A DNA stretch of 64,000 nucleotides from Candidatus Norongarragalinales archaeon (GTDB lineage: Archaea; Micrarchaeota; Micrarchaeia; Norongarragalinales; Norongarragalinaceae): NCBI GenBank assembly GCA_038884755.1, contig JAWABJ010000001.1, positions 64,001-128,000 on the forward strand, read 5' to 3'. Positions 58,284 through 64,000 of the stretch are shown here, one piece after another (within the stretch, counting starts at the first letter, position 1; the number at the start of each line of letters is the position of its first letter). The notes beneath the pieces were generated by a model. That model ran no database searches. It saw only the letters and a program-made list of their open reading frames with translations, and had not been told where the DNA came from. A program made the translations under genes and the position numbers.

Positions 58284-58398
58284 AAACGCTTAAAAACTTT
58301 GCACGCGCAGTTTATGTTGCTGCGTTCGTCTTGCTTTTTTCCCGTGAACGGCTTTTGCGCGCTTTTGTTTTTTTTGACTTGTTTAAGAGGGTGTTTTC

Positions 58399-59067
58399 TT
58401 GAAGGAAGGGGATTTTGCTGAAGTTGATTTCACGGGAAAAACCGACGGCAGGGTTTTCGAAACCACGCTTGCTGAAGACGCGAAGAAAGCAGGGCTTTAC
58501 GACGAAAAGCGGGTTTTCAAGCCAGTTTTGATTGTCGCCGGAAAGCGCATGCTCGTTTCGGGCTTGGACGATGAAATTGTGAAAGCCGGGGAAAACGGTT
58601 CCGGGGCAATAACCCTTGCGCCGGAAAAGGCGTTCGGCCAGAGGAACCCTAACCTCGTGCGCTTGATTTCTTTGAGCAAGTTTCAAGAACAGGGAATCAC
58701 TCCCGCGCCTGGAATGACTTTGGAAATAGACAACATGCCTGCGAGAGTGGTTTCGGCAGAAGGAGGGCGGGTGAAAGTGGATTTAAACCACCCTCTGGCG
58801 GGGAAAACCATCGACTATTCTTTTGCGGTGAAAAAGGTTTACGCCGACGCTTCTTCCAAAGTGCAGGCTGTAGCTTCCAACTTGTTTTCTCAAACCGGCG
58901 TTTCGGCGAAGCTCGACGGCCCGACCGCGAGGTTCTTCGTTCCAGCCGGAGTGCGCAAGGACGCCGCTTTCCTCGAGCAGAAGTTCAAGAGCATTGAAAT
59001 GCTTTTGGCTTTCGCGCCCGAAGTCAAGAAAGTGGTTTTTGAAGAGGAGTATTCGGCGCAGCAATAA
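58399..59067 (+). CDS. slyD: Long-type FKBP peptidyl-prolyl isomerase (SlyD-like)
   Basis: VDFTGK.DGRVFETT, PEKAFG, VDLNHPLAGK. Confidence 0.93.
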   Translation: MKEGDFAEVDFTGKTDGRVFETTLAEDAKKAGLYDEKRVFKPVLIVAGKRMLVSGLDDEIVKAGENGSGAITLAPEKAFGQRNPNLVRLISLSKFQEQGITPAPGMTLEIDNMPARVVSAEGGRVKVDLNHPLAGKTIDYSFAVKKVYADASSKVQAVASNLFSQTGVSAKLDGPTARFFVPAGVRKDAAFLEQKFKSIEMLLAFAPEVKKVVFEEEYSAQQ

Positions 59068-59134
59068 AGATTTTAAAGTGGGACTTTCTATCACAGGTTT
59101 AGAAAAAGTTTTTCCTTAAAGGTGTGGCCCGCCG

Positions 59135-59242
59135 GTGAAAGACGTTCCTTTGGACGAGTTGATTTCAATCCAAGACCACGAGCGCGTGGCGGTCGCTTTC
59201 CTGGCGATAGCGTTTGCGGTCGCGCTTTTCTACGCGATTTGA
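59135..59242 (+). CDS. Candidate 35-aa single-TM micro-protein (absent from ORF track)
   Basis: Hand translation MKDVPLDELISIQDHERVAVAFLAIAFAVALFYAI; followed by a T-rich tract. Confidence 0.45.
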   Translation: MKDVPLDELISIQDHERVAVAFLAIAFAVALFYAI

Positions 59243-59262
59243 TTTCCTTCCTTTTTCACGCT

Positions 59263-60564
59263 CTAGCGGGCGTTTATCCCGTCGAAGCCTGTATACGCGC
59301 GTAATGCTTTGGGTATTTCTACGCTTCCGTCTTTCTGCTGGTAATTCTCTAGGACAGCGCGCAGCGTGCGCGAGGAAGTAGCTAATGCAGTCGCATTGAG
59401 CGTATGCACGAATTCCTTCTTTTCTTCCCTCGCCCCTTGCTTTCCTATCCTGTAACGCAACCCCAAACCCGCGCTTTGGTATGACGTGCAGTTGCTCAGG
59501 CTGCACACTTCGCGGTATTTCTGCTCGCGCGGGAACCACGCTTCGATGTCGTATTTTTTCGCGGCGACCGTGCCTATGTCGCCCGTGCAGATGTTCACAA
59601 CGCGATAGGGAATTTCCAGCTTTCGCCATAATTCCTCCGTATTTTCCAAAAGCTTTTCGTGCCACTCCCAGCTTTCCTCGGGAGTGCATAAGACTACTTG
59701 CTCTACCTTGTTGAACTGGTGCATGCGGAAAAGGCCTTTGGTGTCGACGCCGTGCGCGCCTATCTCCCTTCGAAAGCATTGACTCAAGCCCGCGAGTTTG
59801 ATAGGGAGCGCGCTTTCCTCCAAGACTTCGTTTTGGTATTGCGCGATGAGCGGGTGTTCGCTCGTAGCGATGAGGAAAGAATCGTTTCCTTCGATTTTGT
59901 ACATTACTTTCTCGAAGTCGTCCAAATCCGTTACTGCCGCGTAAGCCTCTCGGTTTAGCATTAACGGCGGCTGGACGAATTCAAAGCCTTTCTTGAGCAA
60001 GTGGTCCAGTGCAAAGCGCACGAGCGCCTGTTCGAGCAACGCGATTTTTCCCTTTAGGAAGACGAAGCCGCGCCCGCTTATTTTTGCGGCGCGTTCGAAA
60101 TCCGCGCCGTTCAAGTCTTCGGCGACTTGCTCGTGTGTTTTCAAGAGGAAGTCGGGTTTTTTGATTTTGCCCCATTTTTTTACTTCCACGTTGTCTTCGC
60201 TAGTTTTTCCGTAAGGCACGCTTTCGTGCAGGACGTTGGGCAGGCGGGCGAGGTAGAAAGAGATTTTTTCCTTGAGGCTTTGCGTCTGGGCTTCGACCGT
60301 TTTGATTTTGTCCGGGATTTCCGCCGCTTCCTTGAGCAAGGCTTTCGCTTTCTTTTCGTCTCCCGATTTTTTCGCCTCGTTTATCTCTCGCGAAACGGAA
60401 TTGCGCCTTGCCCTCAGCTGTTCTGCCTCTGCGTTGAGCGAACGCCACTCTTCGTCTTTCGCAAGCAGGTCTTCGAACCACTTTTCCTTTTCGGCGTCGT
60501 GGCGCTTTTTCAAGCTTTTGCGTATCGCGTCTGGGTTTTCCCTGCAAAACCTGATGTCAAGCAT
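59263..60564 (-). CDS. serS: Serine--tRNA ligase
   Basis: N-terminal coiled coil, LIATSEHP, FRREIG, RMHQFNKVE, KYDIEAW, HTLNAT. Confidence 0.98.
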   Translation of the reverse strand: MLDIRFCRENPDAIRKSLKKRHDAEKEKWFEDLLAKDEEWRSLNAEAEQLRARRNSVSREINEAKKSGDEKKAKALLKEAAEIPDKIKTVEAQTQSLKEKISFYLARLPNVLHESVPYGKTSEDNVEVKKWGKIKKPDFLLKTHEQVAEDLNGADFERAAKISGRGFVFLKGKIALLEQALVRFALDHLLKKGFEFVQPPLMLNREAYAAVTDLDDFEKVMYKIEGNDSFLIATSEHPLIAQYQNEVLEESALPIKLAGLSQCFRREIGAHGVDTKGLFRMHQFNKVEQVVLCTPEESWEWHEKLLENTEELWRKLEIPYRVVNICTGDIGTVAAKKYDIEAWFPREQKYREVCSLSNCTSYQSAGLGLRYRIGKQGAREEKKEFVHTLNATALATSSRTLRAVLENYQQKDGSVEIPKALRAYTGFDGINAR

Positions 60565-60577
60565 CTGCTCACTCTTT

Positions 60578-61099
60578 TCAGCCGATTATCAAGTGCGGCC
60601 CGTCCTTGTTAAGTCTCCAATGGCCCTTGTCGACAAACGGGTGGTCCGCAAGTCCGGATTTTTCCAATGCGATTAGCGCATCCAGTTTTTCGTCATCATT
60701 CGCCCGCCTGCCTTCGACCCAGTGGTAAATCAACGCGCTGCCGTCCTGGTGCATTCTTTTAGGCAGTTTCACTCCTGCTTTTTTGAGCGCAGTGGCGTTT
60801 TCTTTTATCCAGTTGAGCCTTGCCTCGACGTCTCCGTCGTCATTAAAATATTTTACTCCAACAGACGCTTCGCCGCCGCCTTCCAGGCTGGCTACTATCC
60901 TGAACGTTTGGTGGTTGTTGCTTCGTCCCTGGTGGACGGGCGGGTTTTCTACGAGCAAGCGGTTTCCTGATTTCATTACTTTCCCGATTTCTCCGCCTTC
61001 CTTGCTGGGATGCACCGCCTTCCAAACGACGATTTTTTGGTTTCCCCTCAAGTGCAACGCTTCTGTTGCGAGTTCCATTGAAATGTTGTACATTGCCAT
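60578..61099 (-). CDS. Hypothetical protein with degenerate kinase-like (RIO/Bud32/APH-type) segment
   Basis: VGVKYF...LKKAGVKLPK...LIYHWVEG; no HxD or DFG. Confidence 0.5.
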   Translation of the reverse strand: MAMYNISMELATEALHLRGNQKIVVWKAVHPSKEGGEIGKVMKSGNRLLVENPPVHQGRSNNHQTFRIVASLEGGGEASVGVKYFNDDGDVEARLNWIKENATALKKAGVKLPKRMHQDGSALIYHWVEGRRANDDEKLDALIALEKSGLADHPFVDKGHWRLNKDGPHLIIG

Positions 61100-61108
61100 G
61101 TGTTCCGT

Positions 61109-61684
61109 TCACTTCAATTCCAGCAATTCTCCTCTCGCTTTTTCCACTTGCCCGCGAATGCTGTCTTGCTTGGGCTTGAGCGAGCCGACTAGCGAGGAAG
61201 AGTACTTCAACACCATCAAATTGTCGTAAATGCTTTCCATGCAGTCGAACAAGTATTCCGCCTTCTTTCGGTCTTTGTTGCGCAATGCGATAAGCATCGC
61301 CCTGTGCAATTCCCCGACTACATCTGCGAGTCCGGATAAAAACTGCCGGTGGTCTATGCCCAACGCTTGAAAATCGGGCAAGGGCTTTTCCTCTAGAATT
61401 GCAATTAGGCTTTTCACTTCCACGTATTCCTGGAACGCAATCGCAGCAGACCCTTCGAACCCGTCCTTGATTTCCGAAAGCTTTTTGGCTTTAGCATCTA
61501 TCTGCGCAATTAGTTTTTTCGCCTCCGGCAAAGCACCCGTATGCAAGTGCTTTATTGCATTCGCACAATCACGCACGATTTCCCGGCTTAGCATGAGCAC
61601 GCTGTCCTGGCGTTTTTCCATCTCGTCGAGTTTTTTCGCTATCGAGGCTATGGTTTTGTGCAAGTTTTTCAAAAGCCCTTTCAC
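61109..61684 (-). CDS. Translin/Trax family protein
   Basis: SREIVRDCANAIKHLH, QEYVE, GLADVVGEL, LKPKQD. Confidence 0.88.
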   Translation of the reverse strand: MKGLLKNLHKTIASIAKKLDEMEKRQDSVLMLSREIVRDCANAIKHLHTGALPEAKKLIAQIDAKAKKLSEIKDGFEGSAAIAFQEYVEVKSLIAILEEKPLPDFQALGIDHRQFLSGLADVVGELHRAMLIALRNKDRKKAEYLFDCMESIYDNLMVLKYSSSLVGSLKPKQDSIRGQVEKARGELLELK

Positions 61685-61738
61685 CGCTTACGCAGATTTA
61701 ATATACTCTTTTGGGTTTTCTTCTTATAAAGTGATTTC

Positions 61739-62005
61739 GTGAGCGAGATTTTGGGGCTTGCAGGAGCTTTTCTTGTAGTGATAGCGTGGGTTTTCGAAGT
61801 AAACCAGATAGCTAAAACCCACCATTCTCCGTTGGACTGGAATTTCGGGGTTTTGTATTTGGCCGGTGCATTGCTTTTGACTGTTTACGCCTTTCTAATC
61901 AATTCGCCTGTGTTTGCCTTCCTCAACCTTCTCGCTGCGCTGATGGCGTTGTTCGGGCTTTACTACAAGTGGAATGAAAAGAAACGGAAGGGGCGGGGGA
62001 AGTAA
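61739..62005 (+). CDS. SemiSWEET/PQ-loop-like 3-TM protein
   Basis: Three TM helices, GALLLTVYA...VFAFLN; canonical PQ replaced by FE. Confidence 0.6.
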   Translation: MSEILGLAGAFLVVIAWVFEVNQIAKTHHSPLDWNFGVLYLAGALLLTVYAFLINSPVFAFLNLLAALMALFGLYYKWNEKKRKGRGK

Positions 62006-62683
62006 ATGAAGCCGGCAGTGGTAGTTTCACTCGGCGGGAGCGTGCTTTATTCGGGTGAAAAGTTCGATTACGCCAAAGCAAAGGCGTTGTGTTCGGTTTT
62101 CGAGAAGTCTGCTGGGAAACTCAACCTAGTAGTCGTGGTGGGGGGCGGCGCTTTGGCTCAAAAGCGCGTGGAACGAGCGCGGGCGAAGGGCGCCAGCGAA
62201 TTTCATTCTGACAAGATAGCCATAGGCGCGACGCGGGAGAATGCTAAGCGCGTTGCGAAACAGTTGAAAAACGGAGTTTTCATAAGGCGTTTCAACGAAG
62301 CCTCTCCCCTGTTGAAGAAGGGCAGAATTCCCGTTTCCGGCGGAATGATGCCTGGAATAACGACCGATGCCGTTGCAGTGCTTTTCGCCGAAATGCTCGG
62401 AGCAAAGCGCGTGGTAAACGTTTCGAAAGCGGCTGGAGTTTACGATTCCAACCCTTCGAAAAACCCGAAGGCGAGAAAGTTTTCGAAAATGTCGCACGAC
62501 GAACTGGTTGGTTTGGCGATGCGCTTCGATTCGCGCAGGGCGCGAGAAAACTTCGTTTTCGACGTGGTGGCGTGCAAGCTTGCCGCGCGAAGCAAAATCC
62601 CGCTGTATTTCGTTTCCTCGGATTCTAAAGAATTGTCCAATGCTTTAGAGGGCAGGAATACTAAAGGAACCGTGGTGAGTTAA
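62006..62683 (+). CDS. pyrH: UMP kinase
   Basis: VSLGGS, VVGGG, DKIAI..TRENA, PGITTDAVA, GVYDSNP. Confidence 0.93.
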   Translation: MKPAVVVSLGGSVLYSGEKFDYAKAKALCSVFEKSAGKLNLVVVVGGGALAQKRVERARAKGASEFHSDKIAIGATRENAKRVAKQLKNGVFIRRFNEASPLLKKGRIPVSGGMMPGITTDAVAVLFAEMLGAKRVVNVSKAAGVYDSNPSKNPKARKFSKMSHDELVGLAMRFDSRRARENFVFDVVACKLAARSKIPLYFVSSDSKELSNALEGRNTKGTVVS

Positions 62684-64000
62684 TTGTGGGCTCAATCCAA
62701 CAAGAAAGTAATTTTCAACGAATCCAACATTCGCTCGTATGTCAAAGCCTGCGATTCTATTTCAGTTCAACCGAATACCGAAGCCGTGGTTTTCCTCAGA
62801 GGTTCTTTCGTGCCTTTTCTGGCGAAAGCGGTTAGAAATCCGACGCTTCTCGAACACATGCACTTCGCTCCAGCAAGCAAGTTTTTACTAGAATCTACCA
62901 ACAACTTTAGAGTTTTTTTAAGAAACTATTTTACTACGGTATTGCCTAGATACCAAAATCGGAGTTTGAACTTGCTGATAATCGACGAAGCTAAGAGCGG
63001 GAGTGCCATTTCTCGCCTTTCGGGGTTGCTTCACGCTGAACTATCCTCGCTTCAAAACCAGTATGTCGAAGACAAGCTAAAACGGCTAGCAGGTCGGCCG
63101 AGTGACCTTTCAAAAATTAGTTCGAAAGCACTGCAAAATCTTGGGCATCAACATGACGAAAGCAACAAATTTCTAGATGAAATAATGCGTAAGGTTAACC
63201 TCGGTAATCTAAAACTAATTAAAGATAATGGCGATTTCACAGAGGAAGGTGCTTTTCTTTTGAAATTGTTTGTCGAGCATGGTTTTATTCCGAAAAAAGA
63301 AGCAGACGATCTTTTTCATCACCGGGTGTTGGTTGAAGCGCGTCTTGCTGCCGAGTTCGACCCAAATCACAAGCCAAACGAGTCCCATCCCTACTATAGC
63401 ATTCCTAAAGGCGCGCATCCAAATTCGTTTAAAACAATGGAAAAGCTTGCATCCCTTAGAGACTTGCCTGTGGTATTCCCCAGACTGAAATCATGGTTCA
63501 TAATAGGCCACGACAAATTGCCGCAAAAGGATTTCGTAGAGTTTTCAAACTTAGAGTTGAATGAAGACACGCACCGGCCGATCATGCAAAAAAGCGCGCT
63601 GTACAACGCCGCATTTGCAACCCTTGTAAATTATCGCCTCTCAAAACTCTTGAGCCATTTGGGTAAAAACAAAAAAGAAATGCTTCAAACGCTGGGCGTA
63701 TTGTCTGAAAGACAAAAGGAGAAGCAATCTGCCGAAAAATACCGTTTCGCTTCAGTAAGGTCTCAGCCTTTTTTGCTATCAAGCACGAGTCCTGAAGACA
63801 GGCATTTAATTGCCGATGTTATACTCGCTGCCAGCGTTTTTGGCAGGCTCAAAATCTTAATTTATACGCTTCACGGCCGTGACTCTTTCATTACCGCCAG
63901 GTCCTATACCGCCGCAAAGGAAAAAGGGGAAATAAAACAAATAGATGTTAACAGCATAATTACAATGGATAACCCGGCCACTCCTGTCTTCTACGAGAGA
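62684..64000 (+). CDS. Large orphan ORF with PRTase-like motif, running off the window end (absent from ORF track)
   Basis: Hand translation from TTG 62684 gives 439 codons with no stop (MWAQSNKKVIFNE...VVFLRGS...LLIIDEAKSGSAISR...IITMDNP...). Confidence 0.75.
   Translation, partial: MWAQSNKKVIFNESNIRSYVKACDSISVQPNTEAVVFLRGSFVPFLAKAVRNPTLLEHMHFAPASKFLLESTNNFRVFLRNYFTTVLPRYQNRSLNLLIIDEAKSGSAISRLSGLLHAELSSLQNQYVEDKLKRLAGRPSDLSKISSKALQNLGHQHDESNKFLDEIMRKVNLGNLKLIKDNGDFTEEGAFLLKLFVEHGFIPKKEADDLFHHRVLVEARLAAEFDPNHKPNESHPYYSIPKGAHPNSFKTMEKLASLRDLPVVFPRLKSWFIIGHDKLPQKDFVEFSNLELNEDTHRPIMQKSALYNAAFATLVNYRLSKLLSHLGKNKKEMLQTLGVLSERQKEKQSAEKYRFASVRSQPFLLSSTSPEDRHLIADVILAASVFGRLKILIYTLHGRDSFITARSYTAAKEKGEIKQIDVNSIITMDNPATPVFYER

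Overview
This is a gene-dense chromosomal segment of an archaeon. The short genes, S-layer type, class III signal-peptide proteins and orphan insertions suggest a DPANN lineage such as Micrarchaeota, but this is inferred, not tested. Housekeeping blocks are ftsZ-secE-spt5-rpl11-rpl1-rpl10-rpl12, csl4-rpoL-sec11-PCNA-priL-priS-GINS-rpl44e-rps27e-aIF2alpha-nop10-PAC2, cdc6, rfcL, cdc48, cysS, serS, purL/purQ, pyrG, pyrH, prs, oapABC and a major S-layer gene. I recognised no rRNA, tRNA, CRISPR array, integrase or transposase. The best candidate for an undescribed system is a six-gene operon at 52.7-54.5 kb, transcribed divergently from the S-layer gene. It encodes four paralogous small helical-hairpin membrane proteins and two micro-proteins, and is followed by a ~200-nt non-coding element with four hairpins. 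Other notable items: a membrane-anchored NlpC/P60 peptidoglycan-hydrolase-type protein inside the ribosomal cluster; a pilin-signal GH74-like double beta-propeller; a RelA/SpoT-type HD gene between PCNA and primase; a PriL whose Fe-S domain seems replaced by a PriCT/PriX-like domain; structured 5' leaders on pyrG and rpl1; and a ~25-bp micro-inversion that frameshifts a membrane-protein gene. All family calls come from motif recognition by eye; no database searches were run.
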